Below, in pieces: positions 15,001 through 30,000 of a stretch of DNA of 64,000 bases; positions within the stretch are counted from its first letter, which is position 1; each line of letters opens with the position of its first letter. Under the pieces are notes generated by a model. That model was not told the DNA's origin, searched no databases, and saw only the letters and a list, made by a program, of their open reading frames with translations. Made by a program: the position numbers and the translations under genes. Source of the DNA: Eledone cirrhosa. Taxonomy: Eukaryota. Location of the stretch: contig OZ024742.1 of assembly GCA_964016885.1 (NCBI GenBank), forward strand, positions 369,954,001-370,018,000. Direction: 5' to 3'.

Positions 15001-18000
15001 GACAGATCCTGTCTCACAATAGACAGGTCAAGACATCCACTGTACAACATCTTATTGTCTAAGTTGGTATGGGTTAGACAGATCCTGACTCACAATAGAC
15101 AGTTTAAGACATCCACTGTACAACATCTTATTGTCTAGGTTGACATTGGTTAGACAGACCTTGTCTCACAATAGACAGGTCAAGACATCCACTGTACAAC
15201 ATCTTATTGTCTGGGTTGACATGGGTTACACAGATCCTGTCTCACAATAGACAGGTCAAGACATCCACTGTACAACATCTTATTGTCTAGGTTGACATGT
15301 GTTAGACAGATCGAGTCTCACAATAGATAGGTCAAGACATCCACTGTACAACATCTTATTGTCTAGGTTGACATGGGTTAGACAGATCCAGTCTCACAAT
15401 AGATAGGTCAAGACATCCACTGTACAACATCTTATTGTCTAGGTTGATATGGGTTAGACAGATCCTGTCTCACAATAGACAGGTCAAGTCATCCACTGTA
15501 CAACATCTTATTGTCTAGGTTGACATGGGTTAGACAGATCCAGTCTCACAATAGATAGGTCAAGACATCCACTGTACAATATCTTATTGTCTATGTTGAC
15601 ATGGGTTAGACAGATCCTGTCTCATAATAGACAGGTCAAGACATCCACTGTACAACATCTTATTGTCTAGGGTGACATGGGTTAGACAGATCGAGTCTCA
15701 CAATAGATAGGTCAAGACATCCACTGTACATCTTATTGTCTAGGGTGACAAGGGTTTGACAGATCCAGTCTCACAACAGATAGGTCAAGACATCCACTGT
15801 ACATCTTATTGTCTAGGTTGACATGGTTTAGACAGATCCTGTCTCACAATAGACAGGTCAAGATATCCACTGTACATCTTATTGTCTATGTTGACATGGG
15901 TTAGACAGATCCTGTCTCACAATAGATAGGTCAAGACATCCACTGTACAACATCTTATTATCTAGGTTGACATGGGTTAGACAGATCCTGTCTCACAATA
16001 GATAGGTCAAGACATCAACTGTACATCTTATTGTCTAGGTTGACATGGGTTAGACAGATCCTGTCTCACAATAGACAGGTCAAGACATCCACTGTACAAC
16101 ATCTTATTGTCTAGGTTGACATGGGTTAGACAGATCCTGTCTCACAATAGATAGGTCAAGACATCCACTGTACATCTTGTTGTCTAGGTTGACATGGGTT
16201 AGACAGATCCTGTCTCACAATAGACAGGTCAAGACATCCACTGTACAACATCTTGTCTAGGTTGACATGGGTTAGACAGATCGAGTCTCACAATAGATAG
16301 GTCAAGACATCCACTGTACAACATCTTATTGTCTAGGTTGGCATGGGTTAGACAGATCCTGTCTCACAATAGACAGGTCAAACATCCACTGTACAACATC
16401 TTATTGTCTAGGTTGACATGGGTTAGACAGATCCTGTCTCACAATAGACAGGTCAAGACATCCACTGTACAACATCTTATTGTCTAGGTTGACATGGGTT
16501 AGACAGATCCAGTCTCACAATAGATAGGTCAAGACATCCACTGTACAACATCTAATTGTCTAGGTTGACATGGGTTAGACAGATCCTGTCTCACAATAGA
16601 CAGGTCAAGTTATCCACTGTACAACATCTTATTGTCTAGGTTGACATGGGTTAGACAGATCCTGTCTCACAATAGATAGGTCAAGACATCCACTCTACAA
16701 CATCTTATTGTCTAGGTTGGCATGGGTTAGACAGATAGTCTCACAATAGATAGGTCAAGACATCCACTATACAACATCTTATTGTCTAGGTTGACATGGG
16801 TTAGACAGATCCTGTCTCACAATAGACAGGTCAAGATATCCACTGTACAACATCTTATTGTCTAAGTTGGCATGGGTTAGACAGATCCTGTCTCACAATA
16901 GACAGGTCAAGACATTCACTGTACAACAACTTATTGTCTAGGTTGACATGGGTTAGACAGATCCTGTCTCACAATAGACAGGTCAAGTTATCCACTGTAC
17001 AACATCTTATTGTCTAGGTTGACATGGGTTAGACAGATCCAGTCTCACAATAGATAGGTCAAGACATCAACTGTACAACATCTTATTGTCTAGGTTGACA
17101 TGGGTTAGACAGATCCTGTCTCACAATAGATAGGTCAAGACATCCACTGTACAACATCTTATTGTCTAGGTTGGCATGGGTTAGACAGATAGTCTCACAA
17201 TAGATAGGTCAAGACATCCACTATACAACATCTTATTGTCTAGGTTGACATGGGTTAGACAGATCCTGTCTCACAATAGACAGGTCAAGACATCCACTGT
17301 ACAACATCTTATTGTCTAAGTTGGTATGGGTTAGACAGATCCTGACTCACAATAGATAGGTCAAGACATCCACTGTACAACATCTTATTGTCTAAGTTGA
17401 CATTGGTTAGACAGACCTTGTCTCACAATAGACAGGTCAAGACATCCACTGTACAACATCTTATTGTCTGGGTTGACATGGGTTAGACAGATCCTGTCTC
17501 ACAATAGACAGGTCAAGACATCCACTGTACAACATCTTATTGTCTAGGTTGACATGGGTTAGACAGATCCAGTCTCACAATAGATAGGTCAAGACATCCA
17601 CTGTACAACATCTTATTGTCTAGGTTGATATGGGTTAGACAGATCCTGTCTCACAATAGACAGGTCAAGTCATCCACTGTACAACATCTTATTGTCTAGG
17701 TTGACATGGGTAAGACAGATCCAGTCTCACAATAGATAGGTCAAGACATCCACTGTACAATATCTTATTGTCTATGTTGACATGGGTTAGACAGATCCTG
17801 TCACACAATAGATAGGTCAAGACATCCACTGTACATCTTATTGTCTAGGGTGACAAGGGTTAGACAGATCCAGTCTCACAACAGATAGGTCAAGACATCC
17901 ACTGTACATCTTATTGTCTAGGTTGACATGGTTTAGACAGATCCTGTCTCACAATAGACAGGTCAAGATATCCACTGTACAGTTTATTGTCTATGTTGAC

Positions 18001-21000
18001 ATGGGTTAGACAGATCCTGTCTCACAATAGATAGGTCAAGACATCCACTGTACAACATCTTATTATCTAGGTTGACATGGGTTAGACAGATCCTGTCTCA
18101 CAATAGATATGTCAAGACATCCACTGTACTTCTTATTGTCTAGGTTGACATGGGTTAGACAGATCCTGTCTCACAATAGACAGGTCAAGACATCCACTGT
18201 ACAACATCTTATTGTCTAGGTTGACATGGGTTAGACAGATCCTGTCTCACAATAGATAGATCAAGACATCCACTGTACATCTTATTGTCTAGGTTGACAT
18301 GGGTTAGACAGATCCTGTCTCACAATAGACAGGTCAAGACATCCACTGTACAACATCTTATTGTCTAGGTTGACATGGGTTAGACAGATCGAGTCTCACA
18401 ATAGATAGGTCAAGACATCCACTGTACAACATCTTATTGTCTAGGCTGGAATGGGTTAGACAGATAGTCTCACAATAGATAGGTCAAGACATCCACTATA
18501 CAACATCTTATTGTCTAGGTTGACATGGGTTAGACAGATCCTGTCTCACAATAGACAGGTCAAGACATCCACTGTACAACATCTTATTGTCTAGGTTGAC
18601 ATGGGTTAGACAGATCCTGTCTCACAATAGACAGGTCAAGACATCCACTGTACAACATCTTATTGTCTAGGTTGACATGGGTTAGACAGATCCTGTCTCA
18701 CAATAGACAGGTCAAGACATCCACTGTACAACATCTTATTGTCTAGGTTGACATGGGTTAGACAGATCCAGTCTCACAATAGATAGGTCAAGACATCCAC
18801 TGTACAACATCTAATTGTCTAGGTTGACATGGGTTAGACAGATCCTGTCTCACAATAGACAGGTCAAGTTATCCACTGTACAACATCTTATTGTCTAGGT
18901 TGACATGGGTTAGACAGATCCAGTCTCACAATAGATAGGTCAAGACATCCACTGTACAACATCTTATTGTCTAGGTTGACATGGGTTAGACAGATCCAGT
19001 CTCACAATAGATAGGTCAAGACATCCACTCTACAACATCTTATTGTCTAGGTTGGCATGGGTTAGACAGATAGTCTCACAATAGATAGGTCAAGACATCC
19101 ACTATACAAAATCTTATTGTCTAGGTTGACATGGGTTAGACAGATCCTGTGTCACAATAGACAGGTCAAGACATCCACTGTACAACATCTTATTGTCTAA
19201 GTTGGCATGGGTTAGACAGATCCTGACTCACAATAGATAGGTCAAGACATCCACTGTACAACATCTTATTGTCTAAGTTGACATTGGTTAGACAGACCTT
19301 GTCTCACAATAGACAGGTCAAGACATCCACTGTACAACATCTTATTGTCTGGGTTGACATGGGTTAGACAGATCCTGTCCCACAATAGACAGGTCAAGAC
19401 ATCCACTGTACAACATCTTATTGTCTGGGTTGACATGGGTTAGACAGATCCTGTCTTACAATAGACAGGTCAAGACTTCCACTGTACAACATCTTATTGT
19501 CTAGGTTGACATGGGTTAGACAGATCCTGTCTCACAATAGACAGGTCAAGTTATCCACTGTACAACATCTTATTGTCTAGGTTGACATGGGTTAGACAGA
19601 TCCAGTCTCACAATAGATAGGTCAAGACATCCACTGTACAACATCTTATTGTCTATGTTGACATGGGTTAGACACATCCTGTCTCACAATAGACAGGTCA
19701 AGACATCCACTGTACAACATCTTATTGTCTAGGTTGACATGGGTTAGACAGATCGAGTCCTACAATAGATAGGTCAAGACATCCACTGTACAACATCTTA
19801 TTGTCTAGGTTGACATGGGTTAGACAGATCGAGTCTCACAATAGATAGGTCAAGACATCCACTGTACATCTTATTGTCTAGGGTGACAAGGGTTAGACAG
19901 ATCCAGTCTCACAACAGATAGGTCAAGACATCCACTGTACATCTTATTGTCTAGGTTGACATGGTTTAGACAGATCCTGTCTCACAATAGACAGGTCAAG
20001 ATATCCACTGTACATCTTATTGTCTATGTTGACATGGGTTAGACAGATCCTGTCTCACAATACATAGGTCAAGACATCCACTGTACAACATCTTATTATC
20101 TAGGTTGACATGGGTTAGACAGATCCTGTCTCACAATAGATAGGTCAAGACATCCACTGTACATCTTATTGTCTAGGTTGACATGGGTTAGACAGATCCT
20201 GTCTCACAATAGACAGGTCAAGACATCCACTGTACAACATCTTATTGTCTAGGTTGACATGGGTTAGACAGATCCTGTCTCACAATAGATAGGTCAAGAC
20301 ATCCACTGTACAACATCTTATTGTCTAGGTTGACATGGGTTAGACAGATCCTGTCTCACAATAGATAGGTCAAGACATCCACTGTACGTCTTATTTTCTA
20401 GGTTGACATGGGTTAGACAGATCCTGTCTCACAATAGATAGGTCAAGACATCCACTGTACAACATCTTATTGTCTATGTCGACATGGGTTAGACAGATCC
20501 AGTCTCACAATAGATAGGTCAAGACATCCACTGTACATCTTATAGTCTAGGTTGACATGGGTTAGACAGATCCTGTCTCAAAATAGACAGGTCAAGACAT
20601 CCACTGTACATCTTATTGTCTAGGTTGACATGGGTTAGACAGATCCTGTCTCACAATAGACAGGTCAAGACATCCACTGTACAACATCTTATTGTCTAGG
20701 TTGACATGGGTTAGACAGATCCTGTCTCACAATAGACAGTTTAAGACATCCACTGTACAACATCTTATTGTCTAGGTTGACATGGGTTAGACACATCCTG
20801 TCTCACAATAGATAGCTCAAGACATCCACTGTACAACATCTTATTGTCTAGGGTGACATGGGTTAGACTGATCCTGTCTCACAATAGATAGGTCAAGACA
20901 TCCACTGTACAAAATCTTATTGTCTAGGTTGACATGGGTTAGACAGATCCTGTCTCACAATAGACAGGTCAAGACATCCACTGTACAAAATCTTATTGTC

Positions 21001-24000
21001 TAGGTTGACATGGGTTAGACAGATCCTGTCTCACAATAGATAGGTCAAGACATCCACTGTACATCTTATAGTCTAGGTTGACATGGGTTAGACAGATCCT
21101 GTCTCAAAATAGACAGGTCAAGACATCCACTGTACATCTTATTGTCTAGGTTGACATGGGTTAGACAGATCCTGTCTCACAATAGACAGGTCAAGACATC
21201 CACTGTACAACATCTTATTGTCTAGGTTGACATGGGTTAGACAGATCCTGTCTCACAATAGACAGTTTAAGACATCTACTGTACAACATCTTATTGTCTA
21301 GGTTGACATGGGTTAGACAGATCCTGTCTCACAATAGATAGGTCAAGACATCCACTGTACAACATCTTATTGTCTAGGTTGACATGGGTTAGACAGATCC
21401 TGTCTCACAATAGATAGGTCAAGACATCCACTGTACAACATCTTATTGTCTAGGTTGATATGGGTTAGACAGATCCTGTCTCACAATAGACAGGTCAAGA
21501 CATCCACTGTACATCTTATTGTCTAGGTTGACATGGATTAGACAGATCCTGTCTTACAATAGACAGGTTAAGACATCCACTGTACAACATCTTATTGTCT
21601 AGGTTGACATGGGTTAGACAGATCCTGTCTCACAATAGATAGATCAAGACATCCACCGTACATCTTATTGTCTGGGGTGACATGGGTTAGACACATCCTG
21701 TCTCACAATAGATAGGTCAAGACATCCACTGCACAACATCTTATTGTCTAGGTTGACATGGGTTAGACAGATCCTGTCTTACAATAAATAGGTCAAGACA
21801 TCCACTGTACAACATCTTATTGTCTAGGTTTACATGGGTTAGACAGATCCTGTCTCACAATAGACAGGTCAAGACATCCACTGTACAACATCTTATTGTC
21901 TAGGTTGACATGGGTTAGACAGATCCTGTCTCACAATAGATAGGTCAAGACATCCACTGTACAACATCTAATTGTCTAGGTTGACATGGGTTAGACAGAT
22001 CCTGTCTCACAATAGATAAGTCAAGACATCCACTGTACAACATCTTATTGTCTAGGTTGACATTGGTTAGACAGATCCTGTCTCACAATAGACAGGTCAA
22101 GACATCCACTGGACAACATCTTATTGTCTAGGTTGACATGGGTTAGGCATATCCTGTCTCACAATAGATAGGTCAAGACATCCACTGTACAACATCTTAT
22201 TGTCTAGGTTGACATGGGTTAGACAGATCCAGTCTCACAATAGATAGGTCAAGACATCCACTGTACAACATCTTATTGTCTAGGTTGACATGGGTTAGAC
22301 AGATCGAGTCTCACAATAGATAGGTCAAGACATCCACTGTACAACATCTTATTGTCTAGGTTGACATGGGTTAGACAGATCGAGTCTCACAATAGATAGG
22401 TCAAGACATCCACTGTACATCTTATTGTCTAGGGTGACAAGGGTTAGACAGATCCAGTCTCACAACAGATAGGTCAAGACATCCACTGTACATCTTATTG
22501 TCTAGGTTGACATGGTTTAGACAGATCCTGTCTCACAATAGACAGGTCAAGATATCCACTGTACATCTTATTGTCTATGTTGACATGGGTTAGACAGATC
22601 CTGTCTCACAATAGATAGGTCAAGACATCCACTGTACAACATCTTATTATCTAGGTTGACATGGGTTAGACAGATCCTGTCTCACAATAGATAGGTCAAG
22701 ACATCCACTGTACATCTTATTGTCTAGGTTGACATGGGTTAGACAGATCCTGTCTCACAATAGACAGGTCAAGACATCCACTGTACAACATCTTATTGTC
22801 TAGGTTGACATGGGTTAGACAGATCCTGTCTCACAATAGATAGGTCAAGACATCCACTGTACATCTTATTTTCTAGGTTGACATGGGTTAGACAGATCCT
22901 GTCTCACAATAGATAGGTCAAGACATCCACTGTACAACATCTTATTGTCTATGTTGACATGGGTTAGACAGATCCAGTCGCACAATAGATAGGTCAAACA
23001 TCCACTGTACATCTTATAGTCTAGGTTGACATGGGTTAGACAGATACTGTCTCAAAATAGACAGGTCAAGACATCCACTGTACATCTTATTGTCTAGGTT
23101 GACATGGGTTAGACAGATCCTGTCTCACAATAGACAGGTCAAGACATCCACTGTACAACATCTTATTGTCTAGGTTGACATGGGTTAGACAGATCCTGTC
23201 TCACAATAGACAGTTTAAGACATCCACTGTACAACATCTTATTGTCTAGGTTGACATGGGTTAGACACATCCTGTCTCACAATAGATAGGTCAAGACATC
23301 CACTGTACAACATCTTATTGTCTAGGGTGACATGGGTTAGACAGATCCTGTCTCACAATAGATAGGTCAAGACATCCACTGTACATCTTATAGTCTAGGT
23401 TGACATGGGTTAGACAGATCCTGTCTCAAAATAGACAGGTCAAGACATCCACTGTACATCTTATTGTCTAGGTTGACATGGGTTAGACAGATCCTGTCTC
23501 ACAATAGACAGGTCAAGACATCCACTGTACAACATCTTATTGTCTAGGTTGACATGGGTTAGACAGATCCTGTCTCACAATAGACAGTTTAAGACATCCA
23601 CTGTACAACATCTTATTGTCTAGGTTGACATGGGTTAGACAGATCCTGTCTCACAATAGATAGGTCAAGACATCCACTGTACAACATCTTATTGTCTAGG
23701 TTGACATGGGTTAGACAGATCCTGTCTCACAATAGATAGGTCAAGACATCCACTGTACAACATCTTATTGTCTAGGTTGATATGGGTTAGACAGATCCTG
23801 TCTCACAATAGACAGGTCAAGACATCCACTGTACATCTTATTGTCTAGGTTGACATGGATTAGACAGATCCTGTCTTACAATAGACAGGTTAAGACATCC
23901 ACTGTACAACATCTTATTGTCTAGGTTGACATGGGTTAGACAGATCCTGTCTCACAATAGATAGATCAAGACATCCACCGTACATCTTATTGTCTGGGGT

Positions 24001-27000
24001 GACATGGGTTAGACAGATCCTGTCTCACAATAGACAGGTCAAGACATCCACTGCACAACATCTTATTGTCTAGGTTTACATGGGTTAGACAGATCCTGTC
24101 TCACAATAGACAGGTCAAGACATCCACTGTACAACATCTTATTGTCTAGGTTGACATGGGTTAGACAGATCCTGTCTCACAATAGATAGGTCAAGACATC
24201 CACTGTACAACATCTAATTGTCTAGGTTGACATGGGTTAGACAGATCCTGTCTCACAATAGATAGGTCAAGACATCCACTGTACAACATCTTATTGTCTA
24301 GGTTGACATTGATTAGACAGATCCTGTCTCACAATAGACAGGTCAAGACATCCACTGTACAACATCTTATTGTCTAGGTTGACATGGGTTAGGCATATCC
24401 TGTCTCACAATAGATAGGTCAAGACATCCACTGTACAACATCTTATTGTCTAGGTTGACATGGGTTAGACAGATCCAGTCTCACAATAGATAGGTCAAGA
24501 CATCCACTGTACAACATCTTATTGTCTAGGTTGACATGGGTTAGACAGATCCTGTCTCACAATAGACAGGTCAAGTTATCCACTGTACAACATCTTATTG
24601 TCTAGGTTGACATCGGTTAGACAGATCCAGTCTCACAATAGATAGGTCAAGACATCCACTGTACAACATCTTATTGTCTATGTTGACATGGGTTAGACAC
24701 ATCCTGTCTCACAATAGACAGGTCAAGACATCCACTGTACAACATCTTATTGTCTAGGTTGACATGGGTTAGACAGATCGAGTCTCACAATAGATAGGTC
24801 AAGACATCCACTGTACAACATCTTATTGTCTAGGTTGACATGGGTTAGACAGATCGAGTCTCACAATAGATAGGTCAAGACATCCACTGTACATCATATT
24901 GTCTAGGGTGACAAGGGTTAGACAGATCCAGTCTCACAACAGATAGGTCAAGACATCCACTGTACATCTTATTGTCTAGGTTGACATGGTTTAGACAGAT
25001 CCTGTCTCACAATAGACAGGTCAAGATATCCACTGTACATCTTATTGTCTATGTTGACATGGGTTAGACAGATCCTGTCTCACAATAGATAGGTCAAGAC
25101 ATCCACTGTACAACATCTTATTATCTAGGTTGACATGGGTTAGACAGATCCTGTCTCACAATAGATAGGTCAAGACATCCACTGTACATCTTATTGTCTA
25201 GGTTGACATGGGTTAGACAGATCCTGTCTCACAATAGACAGGTCAAGACATCCACTGTACAACATCTTACTGTCTATGTTGACATGGGTTAGACAGATCC
25301 AGTCTCACAATAGATAGGTCAAGACATCCACTGTACATCTTATAGTCTAGGTTGACATGGGTTAGACAGATCCTGTCTCAAAATAGACAGGTCAAGACAT
25401 CCACTGTACATCTTATTGTCTAGGTTGACATGGGTTAGACAGATCCTGTCTCACAATAGACAGGTCAAGACATCCACTGTACAACATCTTATTGTCTAGG
25501 TTGACATGGGTTAGACAGATCCTGTCTCACAATAGACAGTTTAAGACATCCACTGTACAACATCTTATTGTCTAGGTTGACATGGGTTAGACACATCCTG
25601 TCTCACAATAGATAGCTCAAGACATCCACTGTACAACATCTTATTGTCTAGGGTGACATGGGTTAGACAGATCCTGTCTCACAATAGATAGGTCAAGACA
25701 TCCACTGTACATCTTATAGTCTAGGTTGACATGGGTTAGACAGATCCTGTCTCAAAATAGACAGGTCAAGACATCCACTGTACATCTTATTGTCTAGGTT
25801 GACATGGGTTAGACAGATCCTGTCTCACAATAGACAGGTCAAGACATCCACTGTACAACATCTTATTGTCTAGGTTGACATGGGTTAGACAGATCCTGTC
25901 TCACAATAGACAGTTTAAGACATCCACTGTACAACATCTTATTGTCTAGGTTGACATGGGTTAGACAGATCCTGTCTCACAATAGATAGGTCAAGACATC
26001 CACTGTACAACATCTTATTGTCTAGGTTGACATGGGTTAGACAGATCCTGTCTCACAATAGATAGGTCAAGACATCCACTGTACAACATCTTATTGTCTA
26101 GGTTGATATGGGTTAGACAGATCCTGTCTCACAATAGACAGGTCAAGACATCCACTGTACATCTTATTGTCTAGGTTGACATGGATTAGACAGATCCTGT
26201 CTTACAATAGACAGGTTAAGACATCCACTGTACAACATCTTATTGTCTAGGTTGACATGGGTTAGACAGATCCTGTCTCACAATAGATAGATCAAGACAT
26301 CCACCGTACATCTTATTGTCTGGGTTGACATGGGTTAGACAGATCCTGTCTCACAATAGATAGGTCAAGACATCCACTGCACAACATCTTATTGTCTAGG
26401 TTGACATGGGTTAGACAGATCCTGTCTTACAATAAATAGGTCAAGACATCCACTGTACAACATCTTATTGTCTAGGTTTACATGGGTTAGACAGATCCTG
26501 TCTCACAATAGACAGGTCAAGACATCCACTGTACAACATCTTATTGTCTAGGTTGACATGGGTTAGACAGATCCTGTCTCACAATAGATAGGTCAAGACA
26601 TCCACTGTTCAACATCTAATTGTCTAGGTTGAGATGGGTTAGACAGATCCTGTCTCACAATAGATAGGTCAAGACATCCACTGTACAACATCTTATTGTC
26701 TAGGTTGACATTGGTTAGACAGATCCTGTCTCACAATAGACAGGTCAAGACATCCACTGTACAACATCTTATTGTCTAGGTTGACATGGGTTAGACATAT
26801 CCTGTCTCACAATAGATAGGTCAAGACATCCACTGTACAACATCTTACTGTCTAGGTTGACATGGGTTAGACAGATCCTGTCTCACAATAGATAGGTCAA
26901 GACATCCACTGTACAACATCTTATTGTCTAGGTTGACATGGGTTAGACAGATCCTGTCTCACAATAGACAGGTCAAGACATCCACTGTACATCTTATTTT

Positions 27001-30000
27001 CTAGGTTGACATGGGTTAGACAGATCCTGTCTCACAATAGACAGGTCAAGTCATCCACCGTACAACATCTTATTGTCTAGGTTGACATGGGTTAGACAGA
27101 TCCTGTCTCACAATAGACAGGTCAAGACATCCACTGTACATCTTATTTTCTAGGTTGACATGGGTTAGACAGATCCTGTCTCACAATAGACAGGTCAAGT
27201 CATCCACCGTACAACATCTTATCGTCTAGGTTGACATGGGTTAGACAGATCGAGTCTCACAATAGATAGGTCAAGACATCCACTGTACAACATCTTATTG
27301 TCTAGGTTGGCATGGGTTAGACAGATCCAGTCTCACAATAGATAGGTCAAGACATCCACTATACAACATCTTATTGTCTATGTTGACATGGGTTAGAGAG
27401 ATCCTGTCTCACAATAGACAGGTCAAGACATCCACTGTACAACATCTTATTGTCTATGTTGACATGGGTTAGACAGATCCAGTCTCACAATAGACAGGTC
27501 AAGACATCCACTGTACAACACCTTATTGTCTAGGTTGACATGGGTTAGACAGATCCAGTCTCACAATAGATAGGTCAAGACATCCACTGTACAACATCTT
27601 ATTGTCTATGTTGACATGGGTTAGACAGATCGAGTCTCACAATAGATAGGTCAAGACATCCACTGTACAACATCTTATTGTCTAGGTTGGCATGGGTTAG
27701 ACAGATCCAGTCTCACAATAGATAGGTCAAGACATCCACTATACAACATCTTATTGTCTAGGTTGACATGGGTTAGACAGATCCTGTCTCACAATAGACA
27801 GGTCAAGACATCCACTGTACAACATCTTATTGTCTAGGTTGACATGGGTTAGACAGATCCTGTCTCACAATAGACAGGTCAAGACATCCACTGTACAACA
27901 TCTTATTGTCTGGGTTGACATGGGTTAGACAGATCCTGCTCACAATAGATAGGTCAAGACATCCACTGTACAACATCTTATTGTCTATGTTGACATGGGT
28001 TAGACAGATCCTGTCTCACAATAGATAGGTCAAGACATCCACTGTACATCTTATTGTCTAGGGTGACAAGGGTTAGACAGATCCAGTCTCACAACAGATA
28101 GGTCAAGACATCCACCGTACATCTTATTGTCTAGGTTGACATGGTTTAGACAGATCCTGTCTCACAATAGACAGGTCAAGATATCCACTGTACATCTTAT
28201 TGTCTATGTTGACATGGGTTAGACAGATCCTGTCTCACAATAGATAGGTCAAGACATCCACTGTACAACATCTTATTATCTAGGTTGACATGGGTTAGAC
28301 AGATCCTGTCTCACAATAGATAGGTCAAGACATCCACTGTACATCTTATTGTCTAGGTTGACATGGGTTAGACAGATCCTGTCTCACAATAGACAGGTCA
28401 AGACATCCACTGTACAACATCTTATTGTCTAGGTTGACATGGGTTAGACAGATCCTGTCTCACAATAGATAGGTCAAGACATCCACTGTACAACATCTTA
28501 TTGTCTAGGTTGACATGGGTTAGACAGATCCTGTCTCACAATAGATAGGTCAAGACATCCACTGTACATCTTATTTTCTAGGTTGACATGGGTTAGACAG
28601 ATCCTGTCTCACAATAGATAGGTCAAGACATCCACTGTACAACATCTTATCGTCTATGTTGACATCGGTTAGACAGATCCAGTCTCACAATAGATAGGTC
28701 AAGACATCTACTGTACATCTTATAGTCTAGGTTGACATGGGTTAGACAGATCCTGTCTCAAAATAGACAGGTCAAGACATCCACTGTACATCTTATTGTC
28801 TAGGTTGACATGGGTTAGACAGATCCTGTCTCACAATAGACAGGTCAAGACATCCACTGTACAACATCTTATTGTCTAGGTTGACATGGGTTAGACAGAT
28901 CCTGTCTCACAATAGACAGTTTAAGACATCCACTGTACAACATCTTATTGTCTAGGTTGACATGGGTTAGACAGATCCTGTCTCACGATAGATAGGTCAA
29001 GACATCCACTGTACAACATCTAATTGTCTAGGTTGACATGGGTTAGACAGATCCTGTCTCACAATAGATAGGTCAAGACATCCACTGTACAACATCTTAT
29101 TGTCTAGGTTGACATGGGTTAGACAGATCCTGTCTCACAATAGACAGGTCAAGACATCCACTGTACAACATCTTATTGTCTAGGTTGACATGGGTTAGAC
29201 AGATCCTGTCTCACAATAGATAGGTCAAGACATCCACTGTACATCTTATTGTCTAGGTTGACATGGGTTAGACAGATCCTGTCTCACAATAGACAGGTCA
29301 AGACATCCACTGTACAACATCTTATTGTCTAGGTTGACATGGGTTAGACAGATCGAGTCTCACAATAGATAGGTCAAGACATCCACTGTACAACATCTTA
29401 TTGTCTAGGTTGGCATGGGTTAGACAGATCCAGTCTCACAATAGATAGGTCAAGACATCCACTATACAACATCTTATTGTCTAGGTTGACATGGGTTAGA
29501 CAGATCCTGTCTCACAATAGACAGGTCAAGACATCCACTGTACAACATCTTATTGTCTATGTTGACATGGGTTAGACAGATCCTGTCTCACAATAGACAG
29601 GTCAAGACATCCACTGTACAACATCTTATTGTCTAGGTTGACATGGGTTAGACAGATCCAGTCTCACAATAGATAGGTCAAGACATCCACTGTACAACAT
29701 CTTATTGTCTAGGTTGACATGGGTTAGACAGATCGAGTCTCACAATAGATAGGTCAAGACATCCACTGTACAACATCTTATTGTCTAGGTTGGCATGGGT
29801 TAGACAGATCCAGTCTCACAATAGATAGGTCAAGACATCCACTATACAACATCATATTGTCTCGGTTGACATGGGTTAGACAGATCCTGTCTCACAATAG
29901 ACAGGTCAAGACATCCACTGTACAACATATTATTGTCTGTGTTGACATGGCTTAGACAGATCCTGCTCACAATAGATAGGTCAAGACATCCACTGTACAA

